DNA from: Arenicellales bacterium
GTDB taxonomy: Bacteria > Pseudomonadota > Gammaproteobacteria > Arenicellales > JAHEKD01
Direction of reading: 5' to 3'
Assembly: GCA_965204695.1 (NCBI GenBank)
Contig: OZ242007.1
Span: 3,509,901 to 3,573,900 of the forward strand
DNA: 64,000 bases
Shown: piece by piece, positions 8,705-18,789 of the stretch
Layout: each line of letters begins with the position of its first letter
Numbering within the stretch: the first letter of the stretch is position 1
The notes under the pieces: generated by a model
The model's database searches: none
The model's input: the letters and a program-made list of their open reading frames with translations, nothing else
Told to the model about the DNA's origin: nothing
Program-made: the position numbers and the translations under genes

Positions 8705-9769
8705 TTATTGCATAACTGTATTTGGAACGAGTATTGTCTCTCCTACACTCATAGTTATGAAGGACTGATCAGGTAATTCATGGCTGATAAGCTGTTTTTC
8801 TAATTCTAGTTTGGGATCAATCGGGCCCTCTGCAGTTAATGGAAATGTTCCCCAGTGCATACCTATACTCAATTTTGACTTAATGTCTTGATGGATTTGA
8901 ATAGCTTCATCTGGGTTAACATGATATGCAGACATAAAGCTTCGAGGCAAGTATCCACCAATTGGAATTAAGGAAACATCAAATCCATTACTACGTTCAC
9001 CAATTTCTTTGAATTGAACAGCATTGTATCCAGTATCTCCAGCAAACCACAATTTAAAAGCTCCGTAGTTGAAACTCCAACTTGCCCAAAGTGTCTTTCG
9101 CTGATCAAATAGGTTTCTGGCTGACCAGTGTTGTGATGGCATCGCAGTAATTGTTAATTGCTCAAAGACTTTAGAATTCCACCAGTCTAATTCTTCTACA
9201 CGATTGGCATTAATTCCATTTTTCTCAAACCAGTCATATAAACCTAAAGGAACCAGGTAAAACGGATCATCTCCAAGTAATTTTATGGCTTTGTTGTCCA
9301 GATGATCATAGTGATTGTGGCTAATAATTACATAATGAATTTCTGGAAGTTGGCTGTAATCGATAACGTGTGGAATATATCGTTTTGGTCCCATGAAAGG
9401 AATGGGGGATGCTCTATTCGAAAATATTGGGTCAGTAAGGATGTTTATGTTTTTATATTGGATCAGGAATGTTGAATGTCCTAGCCAGGTTATCATCATA
9501 TCATTGCTAGCATTTGAAATAGTTTCCAAATCAACAAATTGAATGGGGACTTCTTCTGCCAAATCACTATGATTTGCCCAATCTTCGTCACCGAAATATT
9601 TCATTTTTAGAAAATCGAAAAAATTCTTATCAGGATCATCAATGTACTGATTTCTATATCCTGAATCAGTGTGATGTGCAGGTATATTTTGAGCCATTAA
9701 CCGAATATCGCTAAACAAATAGCAAATTGTAAAAATAAAGGTAAATGCAATTAGCCGTGTAGATATCAT
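8705..9769 (-). CDS. Secreted MBL-fold metallo-hydrolase (NAPE-PLD/COG2220-like)
   Basis: 354 aa with an N-terminal signal/anchor and the HxHxDH motif (ISHNHYDHLD). Confidence 0.75.
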   Translation of the reverse strand: MISTRLIAFTFIFTICYLFSDIRLMAQNIPAHHTDSGYRNQYIDDPDKNFFDFLKMKYFGDEDWANHSDLAEEVPIQFVDLETISNASNDMMITWLGHSTFLIQYKNINILTDPIFSNRASPIPFMGPKRYIPHVIDYSQLPEIHYVIISHNHYDHLDNKAIKLLGDDPFYLVPLGLYDWFEKNGINANRVEELDWWNSKVFEQLTITAMPSQHWSARNLFDQRKTLWASWSFNYGAFKLWFAGDTGYNAVQFKEIGERSNGFDVSLIPIGGYLPRSFMSAYHVNPDEAIQIHQDIKSKLSIGMHWGTFPLTAEGPIDPKLELEKQLISHELPDQSFITMSVGETILVPNTVMQ

Positions 9770-10076
9770 TAATGATGTTCCAAATAAATTAACTGTTTCA
9801 ATTCCAGGTAATCAATGATATGCGCCAACCATATAATATTCCAGAAACGTTGCTGGGAATTATTTGGGTAAAAGCTCGTATATAACCGAATATGTTGTTG
9901 TTCAAGTCAATTACTTTTATTCCAATTTGTGTTTGTTTTTCATAAAATTTCGACTCGAATAAAGTCGTGTATATCACCTGTAATGATGGGGGGGTAGATC
10001 GGTACTATAAATGATTGATTACAGAATTTAGTAACCATCAATTTTCATAATTCAATTAGTTCTAATTAAATTTCTG

Positions 10077-11000
10077 TCAGAGAAAATATCCAGCCGCAGC
10101 GGCATTTTTGTTCAGCGTTATTCGGCAAAGTTCGATAAACACCTGGGCAATACGCCTGGGAACATTGTCCTTAGACATTGCCAACCCATATCGAGCTGTA
10201 GGGACCGGATCGGCTATTGGCAGACTGACGAGTTTGCGACCATCGTATGAGCGGTCTGTTTGCGGGTTCATGATTAAAATTGTATAGCCCATCTTTGAAG
10301 CCACAAGGCTGCGTAACATTTCATAAGATTTAGTGCGGTATCCAACTTTAGGTTTGCTGGTATTCATCGAAACAATACTATGAAAATAATCCTGTGTGAT
10401 CGGAAGATCAAACACAATCATTTCTTTTTCAGCTAGCTGTTTCAATTTGATCGATTTATTTTTTGCTAAAGGATCTTCACCTGACAATAATACATAAGGT
10501 TTTGCTTCGATTAAGGTTTCAAATGTAATTGCACGATCCGGATACATGTCATACATCAACGCCACTTCTATCGAGCCGGACTTTATCCCTTCATTGAGTT
10601 CGCCGAGATTCCCTTCATGAAAATGAACGTCAATGCCCGGATATTTTTCTTCCATCGCACGCAGGATGATTGGCATGATGAAAGGAGCAGTTGGTAAGAA
10701 ACAACCAATTTCGATTACACCAACTAACTCTTGTCCCAAATCATGGACTTCGGCTTCGAAATCATCAACATGTTCCAGTAGCCGGTGTGTATAGCGAATA
10801 AACCGTTGTCCAGCTGGCGTCAAAGTGATGCGTCGAGCTGGCTGACGCATAAAAATACTAAAGCCAAACTCGTCTTCAAGATCTTTCAATGCCGCACTGA
10901 TTGCTGGTTGAGAGATTCCGATGTTACTTGCTGCTTCAGTGATACTGCCGCAGTTTGCTACTGTTACTGCATAGCTAAGTTGTCTGAGTGTAAATGCCAT
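10077..11000 (-). CDS. LysR-family transcriptional regulator
   Basis: 307 aa. The N-terminal wHTH reads LRQLSYAVTVANCGSITEAASNIGISQPAISAALKDLE. It is divergent from the TRAP operon. Confidence 0.9.
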   Translation of the reverse strand: MAFTLRQLSYAVTVANCGSITEAASNIGISQPAISAALKDLEDEFGFSIFMRQPARRITLTPAGQRFIRYTHRLLEHVDDFEAEVHDLGQELVGVIEIGCFLPTAPFIMPIILRAMEEKYPGIDVHFHEGNLGELNEGIKSGSIEVALMYDMYPDRAITFETLIEAKPYVLLSGEDPLAKNKSIKLKQLAEKEMIVFDLPITQDYFHSIVSMNTSKPKVGYRTKSYEMLRSLVASKMGYTILIMNPQTDRSYDGRKLVSLPIADPVPTARYGLAMSKDNVPRRIAQVFIELCRITLNKNAAAAGYFL

Positions 11001-11096
11001 AAGAAAAAGTTATGTTAAATAGAACTATAATCTGGTTTTCAAATATAGCGTATTTGTGGAAAATGTTTAACTCTTTAAATCACGAGGAGCGACTTA

Positions 11097-12128
11097 ATGA
11101 AAAAACGTATCTATCTAACAATCTCTATTATCGCGAGTATGTTTATGGCAGTTCAGCCTGCCACGGCAGATAAGCTGGATGTTGCCAGTACCTTTGCGAC
11201 GTCAAACCTTTTAGGTCAAATGGGGGTTAAGTTTGCTGAAAATGTAAACATTGCCACTTCCGGTGAGATCGAGCTGAAGTTGCATGAGCCAGGTGATTTG
11301 GTTCCTACTTTAGAAGTATTCGATGCAGTCAGTAGCGGTTCAATTGATGCTGGTTGGGATTGGATGGGTTATTGGTCTAGTGTTATTCCGGTTGCACAGT
11401 TTTATGGCGGCCTGCCATTTGGACCAACCTCTGAAATATCTTCATCCTGGATGTGGAATGGCGGTGGTATCGAAATAATTCGGCGTGAATATGCAAAACA
11501 TAATGTGATGGTTTTTCCATGTTTTATTGAGCCACAGGAAACAGCAGGATGGTATCGTGAGGAAATCACCGGTCCCGAAAGCTATGATGGCATGAAAATA
11601 CGGATATCCGGTTTGGGTGCAAAAGTATTAACCAAGCTTGGTGCCTCGACGCAGTTGGTGCCAGGGAGTGAAACCTATCTGGCGCTTGAACGTGGACGTG
11701 TCGATGCGGCTGATTTTGCTATTCCGACTGTAGATGAGGCATTGGGTTTTTATGAGATTGCAAAATACAACTATTTTCCAGGTTGGCATCAGTCTGCAAG
11801 TTGGTTCTCGTTTATCATTAACAAAGATGTGTGGGATGGTTATAGCGATCAGATAAAAGCCCAGATTGAGCTGGCTTGCCACGCTACTATTCAATACACG
11901 TTTAATCGTTTGCCTGCTGAGCAAACTGAAGTTATCGGGAGAATGGCCGAAAAGGGCGCAATTACCAAGCGGCTTCCAGATAGTGTCATGGAAAAGTTAA
12001 GAACAGCTTGGGATGAAGTCTTAAATGAATCGATGGAGGCAGACCCTGTCATTAAAGAAATGTATGAGTCATTACAGGCGCATCAGGCAAAAGTAACAAA
12101 CTGGAACGAACTGCAGAGTCTTAACTGA
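11097..12128 (+). CDS. TRAP transporter substrate-binding protein (DctP-type, COG4663-like)
   Basis: 343 aa with a signal peptide. Followed by DctQ- and DctM-like genes. Confidence 0.8.
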   Translation: MKKRIYLTISIIASMFMAVQPATADKLDVASTFATSNLLGQMGVKFAENVNIATSGEIELKLHEPGDLVPTLEVFDAVSSGSIDAGWDWMGYWSSVIPVAQFYGGLPFGPTSEISSSWMWNGGGIEIIRREYAKHNVMVFPCFIEPQETAGWYREEITGPESYDGMKIRISGLGAKVLTKLGASTQLVPGSETYLALERGRVDAADFAIPTVDEALGFYEIAKYNYFPGWHQSASWFSFIINKDVWDGYSDQIKAQIELACHATIQYTFNRLPAEQTEVIGRMAEKGAITKRLPDSVMEKLRTAWDEVLNESMEADPVIKEMYESLQAHQAKVTNWNELQSLN

Positions 12129-12174
12129 CAGCCGGTTATGAATCTACCGAGATGAGGGTGTAAACATTAAAAGC

Positions 12175-12735
12175 GTGCTTAAATCTATCGTCGTTACCAT
12201 AGAACGGTTTGGTCGATGGCTCGGAGAAATAACAAGTTGGCTAGTCCTCGGCACGCTGATCACGGTGCTTATCGCTGTAATAGCGGGCGCTATGGGTGCC
12301 AATGAAATGTTGAGTTGGGGGGTCGATCTCCCCATTCTCGGTACTAAATTAACGATTAACGGTATTTTCGACCTGGAATGGCACTTTTTTGCGATTATGG
12401 TCATGGTGGGTGGAACCTATGCCTACCTGGATGATAAGCATGTTCGGTCGGATCTGATTTACGCAGATTTATCCCCAAAAGTTAAGGCCTGGATAGATTC
12501 CATTGGCGACATTGTTTTCCTGATGCCTTTTGCGGCTGTTATGGTTTGGTTATCGACTAGCTTTGTCGCCCGTGCTTTTAAATCAGGTGAGGCTTCCGAC
12601 TATGGTGGCCTGGTGGATCGTTTTCTAATCAAATCGACCATACCCATTGGATTCTCCATTCTGTTCATCGTGGTTCTGGCCAGGGTTATCAAGCGATTCA
12701 TCGATCTTTCCGAAGAAAAAGGTGAAGCAGAGTAA
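12175..12735 (+). CDS. TRAP transporter small permease (DctQ-like)
   Basis: 186 aa with four hydrophobic helices and a GTG start. Sits between the SBP and the large permease. Confidence 0.75.
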   Translation: MLKSIVVTIERFGRWLGEITSWLVLGTLITVLIAVIAGAMGANEMLSWGVDLPILGTKLTINGIFDLEWHFFAIMVMVGGTYAYLDDKHVRSDLIYADLSPKVKAWIDSIGDIVFLMPFAAVMVWLSTSFVARAFKSGEASDYGGLVDRFLIKSTIPIGFSILFIVVLARVIKRFIDLSEEKGEAE

Positions 12736-12765
12736 TTTAGTCTTTAATTTCAGCAAAGAGTTTAG

Positions 12766-14127
12766 ATGGAATTTTTAACTGAATACGCATGGGCAATTGG
12801 AATGATTGTTGCGCTGATTGTCGGCGTATTCACAGGTTATCCGGTTGCTTTTTTATTGTGCGGATTGGGCGTTGTGTTTGCTGTGATGTCTGGTATTCCA
12901 CTGAAGTTCTTAGGAACAGTGGTCTCGAAGATTTACGCCGGTACGTTGTCTAACTGGCTGTTACTGGCAGCACCATTATTTATATTTATGGGGCTAATGC
13001 TTGATAAATCTGGCCTCGCACAACGACTCCTGTTAACACTTGAACGCTTGTGCGGACGCTTACCTGGAGGGTTGGCGTTATCTGTGGCTCTGCTGGGAAT
13101 CGTCATGGCAGCAAGCACTGGAATTGTTGGCGCTTCGGTTATGCTTTTAGGTGTGATGGCATTACCGGTGATGATCCGCCAAGGCTATGATAAAAAATTT
13201 GCTGCCGGCGTTACTGCAGCCAGCGGTACACTGGGTATTTTGATTCCACCCAGCATCATGCTAGTTTTTATGGGTGCAATCTTGCAGGTATCAATAGGTG
13301 ATTTATTTAAAGCCGCCTTGTTACCTGGTCTTCTGCTTGGCGGCGTTTATATTCTTTATATCCTAGGCGTTGGATTCTTTACACCTGAACGTGCACCAGT
13401 ACCTGATGTAAAGGCATTAGATGATGTTACTGAAGAACTCGGTGATCATCTGGTATTAGAATTGATTCGAAATCTATTGGGTCCTTTATTATTAATAGGG
13501 GCGGTTTTGGGCTCCATTATAGCCGGCCTTGCGACTCCAACTGAAGCTGCAGGTATAGGCGCTGCGGGAGCTGTCTTATTAGCCTTGTTTACGCGCCAGT
13601 TAAATCTGACAGTGCTACGTGAAGTTGTTCGAGATACCTCCAAAACAACGGCGATGGTGATTTTTGTGATGATTGGTGCCGCTTGTTTTAGTGCTGTATT
13701 CAAACGTCTTGGTGGTAATACCATGATTGAAGAGCTCTTTCTTGGGACTGGTTTTGGACCCTATGGTCTACTGATCCTGATGATGGGGCTGATTTTCATT
13801 ATGGGTTTTTTCCTTGAATGGATTGAGATCAGTTTTATTGTTCTGCCGTTGTTTGCGCCAATTATAAAAGTCCTTGATTTCGGGTTTGATGCAACTTCGG
13901 GAGAGTTGTTGATCTGGTTTGCAATTTTGGCAGCGATGAATATGCAGACCTCATTTATTACACCTCCCTTTGGCTATTCGCTGTTTTATTTGCGCGGAGT
14001 TGCGCCTAAAGGAGTAACTATCCAGGTGATCTATAAATCTTCAGTGCCTTTTGTGATTCTGCAATTAATCTGTTTAGCAGCAATTGTAGTATTTCCGGGC
14101 ATTGTTCTGTGGCTGACGCGGATATAA
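12766..14127 (+). CDS. TRAP transporter large permease (DctM-like)
   Basis: 453 aa, polytopic, at the position expected for DctM. Confidence 0.85.
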   Translation: MEFLTEYAWAIGMIVALIVGVFTGYPVAFLLCGLGVVFAVMSGIPLKFLGTVVSKIYAGTLSNWLLLAAPLFIFMGLMLDKSGLAQRLLLTLERLCGRLPGGLALSVALLGIVMAASTGIVGASVMLLGVMALPVMIRQGYDKKFAAGVTAASGTLGILIPPSIMLVFMGAILQVSIGDLFKAALLPGLLLGGVYILYILGVGFFTPERAPVPDVKALDDVTEELGDHLVLELIRNLLGPLLLIGAVLGSIIAGLATPTEAAGIGAAGAVLLALFTRQLNLTVLREVVRDTSKTTAMVIFVMIGAACFSAVFKRLGGNTMIEELFLGTGFGPYGLLILMMGLIFIMGFFLEWIEISFIVLPLFAPIIKVLDFGFDATSGELLIWFAILAAMNMQTSFITPPFGYSLFYLRGVAPKGVTIQVIYKSSVPFVILQLICLAAIVVFPGIVLWLTRI

Positions 14128-14191
14128 CTTCTGTCTAATTTTTCAAGGTGTCTTCGAATAATTTCCAACTGAATCAAATGAGAATGAAAGA

Positions 14192-15478
14192 GTGACAACG
14201 AATGCCGAAATCTATCAACTACGGGACCAGCATGTTGCCCGAGCTATCGCCTATTCCACAACTTTTGTTGCTGAGCGGGCAGAGGGTGGTGAGGTTTGGG
14301 ACGTAGAAGGAAATCGATATATCGATTTCTGTGGCGGAATAGGTTGCCAGAACATCGGCCATGGACACCCAAAAGTGATTGCAGCAATGGAGGCGCAACT
14401 CAGGCAGTTTACCCATACATGCTTTCAAATATCGCCATACCAAACTTATGTGGATTTAGCTGCACGTTTAAATCGACTTTCCCCTGGGAACTTTGCTAAA
14501 AAGTCGCTGTTCTTTTCCGCAGGGGGAGAGGCCATTGAAAATGCAGTAAAAATCGCACGCTATCACACCAGGCGCCCCGCATTATTAACCTTTACTAATG
14601 GCTATCATGGCCGCTCTTACATGGGCATGGGGCTAAGCGCACGGATGAATCCCTTCAAAGTTGGGTTCCGCCCATTCCCGACAGAAATTTATCGCATGCC
14701 GTTCCCTGATGCTTTTCATCGAGTTTCTCTTGAGGATATGAAGCGTGCAATTGAGACGTTATTTCGCAGCGACGTGGAGCCTGATCAAGTTGCGGCGATA
14801 TTTTTTGAGCCTGTTCAAGGAGAGGGGGGCTATAACATTGCTGAACAGAAATTTATCCTCTACCTGCGAGAGCTATGTGATCAACATGGAATCGTTATGG
14901 TCGCTGACGAAATTCAGACGGGTTTCGGGCGTACTGGAAAAATGTTTGCCATGGAACATTTTGAGGTGGCAGCTGATTTGACTTGTATTGGCAAAAGTAT
15001 GGGAGGTGGTCTGCCACTTTCAGGTATTGTAGGAAATGCGGAAATCGTTGATAGTGTCCCCGCCGGTGGTTTGGGCGGTACGTTTGGCGGTAACCCTGTC
15101 GCCTGTGCGGCAGCTTTAGCGGTAATGGATGTAATTGAAGAAGATGAACTGCTTGAAAAAGGCTTAATACTTGGTCAACTAATCGATAGCAGATTCCAAG
15201 ACATGGCTGGTAATCCCGGTTGTAGTTGTATTGGTGATGTGCGGACTTTGGGGTGCATGAATGCAATCGAAATCGTCACCGATCGGGATACACGCGAACC
15301 TGCCGGTGATCTCACAGCTGAGATTGTTCGTATTGCACTTTCTAAAGGTCTAATTTTGGTCACTGCGGGACCTGCCCGGAATGTGATTCGGATTTTAGTG
15401 CCTTTGTCGACATCTAGTGAAATCGTTAGCCAGGGACTAGACATTCTCGAACAATCAATTTGCGAAGCAATGACCTAG
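14192..15478 (+). CDS. Class-III PLP aminotransferase (4-aminobutyrate/omega-amine aminotransferase-like)
   Basis: 428 aa. Motifs: GGIGCQNIGHGHP, ADEIQTGFGRTG and CIGKSMGGGLP (the PLP lysine region). Confidence 0.85.
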   Translation: MTTNAEIYQLRDQHVARAIAYSTTFVAERAEGGEVWDVEGNRYIDFCGGIGCQNIGHGHPKVIAAMEAQLRQFTHTCFQISPYQTYVDLAARLNRLSPGNFAKKSLFFSAGGEAIENAVKIARYHTRRPALLTFTNGYHGRSYMGMGLSARMNPFKVGFRPFPTEIYRMPFPDAFHRVSLEDMKRAIETLFRSDVEPDQVAAIFFEPVQGEGGYNIAEQKFILYLRELCDQHGIVMVADEIQTGFGRTGKMFAMEHFEVAADLTCIGKSMGGGLPLSGIVGNAEIVDSVPAGGLGGTFGGNPVACAAALAVMDVIEEDELLEKGLILGQLIDSRFQDMAGNPGCSCIGDVRTLGCMNAIEIVTDRDTREPAGDLTAEIVRIALSKGLILVTAGPARNVIRILVPLSTSSEIVSQGLDILEQSICEAMT

Positions 15479-15484
15479 AGGCGA

Positions 15485-16618
15485 GTGTACAACATGAGGA
15501 TTAAAGCAGCTGTTCTACGTGAAATCGGCAAACCGCGTCCGTACAGTGAATCCCGACCATTATCTATCGAAGAAGTTGAACTCGATCCACCCGGTCCAGG
15601 TGAAGTTTTAATTCAGATAAAAGCTGCAGGATTATGTCATTCTGATTTGGTGGCCATAAACGGTGAACGTGCCAAACCCGTTCCGATTGTAGTCGGTCAC
15701 GAAGCATCGGGCGTCGTCGTGGAACTTGGCCGTGATGTGGATAACCTGGAAATAGGTGATCATGTTGTTCCTTCTTTTGTGGCCAGTTGTGGCCAATGTG
15801 AAATGTGTATTCAAGGGCGTCCTGCATTATGCATACCCGCCACCAAGGCAAATGTTGATGGGACTTTATTTGGAGGTTCAATAAGATTGCATAAAAATGG
15901 GGAGCGGATTTTTCATCATTCCGGTGTTGCTGCATTTGCCCAATATGCCGTTGTTTCCCAAAATTCAGCCATAAAAATTGACAAGCGTATCCCTTTTGAT
16001 AAAGCCGCACTATTTGGTTGCGCAGTGGCCACCGGTGTTGGTTCTATTGTTAACACTGCTCAGATTCAGCCGGGTCAGTCAGTGGCCATTGTCGGTTTGG
16101 GCGGGGTAGGATTGAGTGCGCTACTTGCAGCCCTAATGTCAGCAGCCGGGTGTGTTGTGGCGGTCGATGTAAACGAGGAGAAGTTAAAATTCGCACGTCA
16201 TTTAGGGGCACACCTGGCAGTCAATGCAAAGTCGGAAAACTGTATCGACGAGATTCGTAAAGCAACAGAAGGTGGTACCCATATCGCAGTAGAAACAGCG
16301 GGTGTACCACAAGCTCTGGATATGGCCTATAAGATTACTCGTCGTGGCGGCAGCACCATTGCAGCAGGAATGCCAGGTCCGGATGCATCAATAACGTTGT
16401 CTCATCTAAATCTTGCCGCAGAAGAACGAACCTTAAAAGGTAGTTATATGGGTAGTTGCATACCCAGACGAGATATCCCCCGGTATTTGAGATTATTCCA
16501 TGACGGTAAGCTACCTATTGATCGTTTGACCAGCCATAAAATCAGTCTTGAAGAACTAAACGAAGGCTTCGATCGAATGACACAGGGCTTGGCCGTTAGA
16601 CAAGTGCTTGAATTATAA
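15485..16618 (+). CDS. Zn-dependent alcohol dehydrogenase (MDR family). The more likely start is the ATG at 15494.
   Basis: Motifs: GLCHSDL, GHEASGVVVELG, CGQCEMCIQGRPALC (structural Zn site) and VGLGGVGLS (NAD fold). Confidence 0.85.
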   Translation: MYNMRIKAAVLREIGKPRPYSESRPLSIEEVELDPPGPGEVLIQIKAAGLCHSDLVAINGERAKPVPIVVGHEASGVVVELGRDVDNLEIGDHVVPSFVASCGQCEMCIQGRPALCIPATKANVDGTLFGGSIRLHKNGERIFHHSGVAAFAQYAVVSQNSAIKIDKRIPFDKAALFGCAVATGVGSIVNTAQIQPGQSVAIVGLGGVGLSALLAALMSAAGCVVAVDVNEEKLKFARHLGAHLAVNAKSENCIDEIRKATEGGTHIAVETAGVPQALDMAYKITRRGGSTIAAGMPGPDASITLSHLNLAAEERTLKGSYMGSCIPRRDIPRYLRLFHDGKLPIDRLTSHKISLEELNEGFDRMTQGLAVRQVLEL

Positions 16619-16898
16619 AAATACCATAGCCTGGATATGTCATAAATCCGCATATCTGGTTTTAACTTCATCAAGCTGTTCAATCATGGTAGCCATGAAA
16701 TAAATACGTAGTTTGATGACATTGTGTGCTATTTGGATTCAAATAATAATCTGCCGTCACAGGTTGCTCGATTTTTCAGGCTAACGAGATGATTGGCGTG
16801 AATGTCAATAGATCCTGGTCGGATTTTCACTGATTTCCAACTATTTAGGAAATATCCAGCCTAGAACTCAATACGAATTATTTATTTAACAGCAAAAA

Positions 16899-16938
16899 TA
16901 GTTCGTTCGAATATATTTTTAGTTCTTTCGAATATATT
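16899..16938. promoter_or_regulatory. Tandem 19-nt direct repeats with a 21-bp period, each containing TTCGAA: putative DeoR-type operator
   Basis: tagttcgttcgaatatatt (16899-16917) and tagttctttcgaatatatt (16920-16938) lie just upstream of a cataat -10-like box and the DeoR gene. Confidence 0.45.
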
Positions 16939-16995
16939 ATGGCATAATCTATCATTACTTAGAAACATAGATGAATCACATCCAATTCCATTTAG

Positions 16996-17772
16996 ATGAC
17001 TCTATCAACGCGGCAAAAACATATTATGGATCGTCTTTATCAGTCGAATGGAGAACTTTCAACGATAGATATCACCTCAGAATTCAATGTTACGATCCAG
17101 ACTATTCGCAAGGATCTTAATGAGTTAAGCAAAAGAGGATTGGTTCGAAGAATACACGGAGGCATTAACCTTCCAAGCAGCAATCAGAACCTTTCGTTTG
17201 GTAACCGAACAATAATGAATTTGGAAGCCAAGCAAAAAATTGCCCGCAAAGTAGTAGAACTTCTTCCTGCAGATACGAGTATTTTTCTAGGCATAGGCAC
17301 AACACCTCAACAAGTTGCGCAAGCATTACTTGATCACCCCGGTCTCACAGTAGTCACTAATAATATCAATGCCGCATTAACACTGTGCCATAACACAAAT
17401 ATTCAAACCTACCTAGCTGGAGGAAAAGTACGCGCGAATGATCAGGACTTAATGGGGCATGAGACTGTCGATTATTTGAGCAAATACAATATTCAGTACG
17501 GTATCTTTGGTGTTGGCGGCATGAATAGCAAAGGGCAATTGCTGGATTTTTCATCTGAAGAATCGAGAATTTCTCAAACTATTATTCAACAAAGCGAAAC
17601 ACGAATACTAGTTGCAGACCACACAAAATTTAATCGATATGCACCTGTCATCACTGGCGAACTCAAAGATATTGATTTTCTGGTGACGGATGTAATCGGT
17701 AACTCCATAAGTCATTTATGTGAGGAATCTGATATTGAGGTATTTGAAACCGGTCCTGGCGTGGAGCATTAG
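16996..17772 (+). CDS. DeoR/GlpR-family transcriptional repressor
   Basis: 258 aa with an N-terminal HTH (ELSTIDITSEFNVTIQTIRKDLNELSKRGLVRRIHGG) and a DeoR C-terminal sensor domain. Confidence 0.9.
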   Translation: MTLSTRQKHIMDRLYQSNGELSTIDITSEFNVTIQTIRKDLNELSKRGLVRRIHGGINLPSSNQNLSFGNRTIMNLEAKQKIARKVVELLPADTSIFLGIGTTPQQVAQALLDHPGLTVVTNNINAALTLCHNTNIQTYLAGGKVRANDQDLMGHETVDYLSKYNIQYGIFGVGGMNSKGQLLDFSSEESRISQTIIQQSETRILVADHTKFNRYAPVITGELKDIDFLVTDVIGNSISHLCEESDIEVFETGPGVEH

Positions 17773-17774
17773 TT

Positions 17775-18740
17775 ATGTTAAAAGTCGAAAATATCAACAA
17801 AAGCTATGATGGTAAAGCCGCCGTTGCTGATTTGAACTTTGTGGTTGAGGATGGTGAGTTCCTTGCCTTATTGGGTCCGTCCGGTTGTGGCAAATCAACC
17901 TCATTGAAAATGATTGCCGGATTAGAAGCACCTGACAGTGGCTCCATAATTCTTGATGGCAGAGATATTACTCACCTGGATCCAGGTGAACGTAAATTAG
18001 CGATGGTTTTTCAGTCTTATGCATTGTTCCCGCACCTGAGCGTTGAAGAAAATATTTTATTTGGTCTGAAAGCTAGAAAAGTTAACAAACAGGAGCAAAA
18101 GAAACGTTTGGACTCAGTGGTTGAATTAGTCGCTTTGTCTGAGCAATTACACAAAAAACCCAGCCAGCTATCTGGCGGACAATGTCAACGAGTCGCACTA
18201 GCACGTGCGATAGTCGCCGAAGCAGATTTATGTCTGATGGATGAGCCTTTATCTAATCTTGATGCCAAACTGCGTAATGAAATGCGGGTTGAAATTCGCG
18301 CTCTACAACAACGTTTAGGTATGTCAGTGATTTATGTCACCCATGATCAGGTCGAAGCAATGAGTATGGCAGATAAGATCGTACTCATGAATGATGGAAA
18401 AGTAGAACAAGTCGGCTTACCCGAACAACTCTATAACCAACCAAAAACCAAGTTTGCTGCACAATTCATTGGTAGCCCGCCAATGAATTTAATTACGCAG
18501 GATGGGAATACGATAGGCATTCGTCCCGAGCATATAAATATCATTGATCAAGGTTTACCTGCACGGGTTGTCAGTTGTGATTATCATGGGGCAGATACCA
18601 TCGTCTTGATTGAACTAAACCAAGCTAAAAATCACAATAGCTTAGTAAAAATTCGTTATCCGGGCCATGCTGTTTTTGAGCCGGGACAAACGATTTCTAT
18701 TCAATGGGATTCAGAGCATGAGCACACGTTCAGTGATTAG
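17775..18740 (+). CDS. ABC transporter ATP-binding protein (UgpC/MalK-like)
   Basis: Walker A GPSGCGKST, signature LSGGQCQR, Walker B LCLMDEPLS. Confidence 0.9.
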   Translation: MLKVENINKSYDGKAAVADLNFVVEDGEFLALLGPSGCGKSTSLKMIAGLEAPDSGSIILDGRDITHLDPGERKLAMVFQSYALFPHLSVEENILFGLKARKVNKQEQKKRLDSVVELVALSEQLHKKPSQLSGGQCQRVALARAIVAEADLCLMDEPLSNLDAKLRNEMRVEIRALQQRLGMSVIYVTHDQVEAMSMADKIVLMNDGKVEQVGLPEQLYNQPKTKFAAQFIGSPPMNLITQDGNTIGIRPEHINIIDQGLPARVVSCDYHGADTIVLIELNQAKNHNSLVKIRYPGHAVFEPGQTISIQWDSEHEHTFSD

Positions 18741-18789
18741 CCATGAATTCAATTGATTCCACTAACTATCACAGAAGAGGACTAACGTA

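Noticed and set aside
15564-16010. 148-aa minus-strand ORF, together with 15632-15814 and 14895-15444
   Set aside because: They are antisense to the aminotransferase and ADH genes, which have strong motifs.
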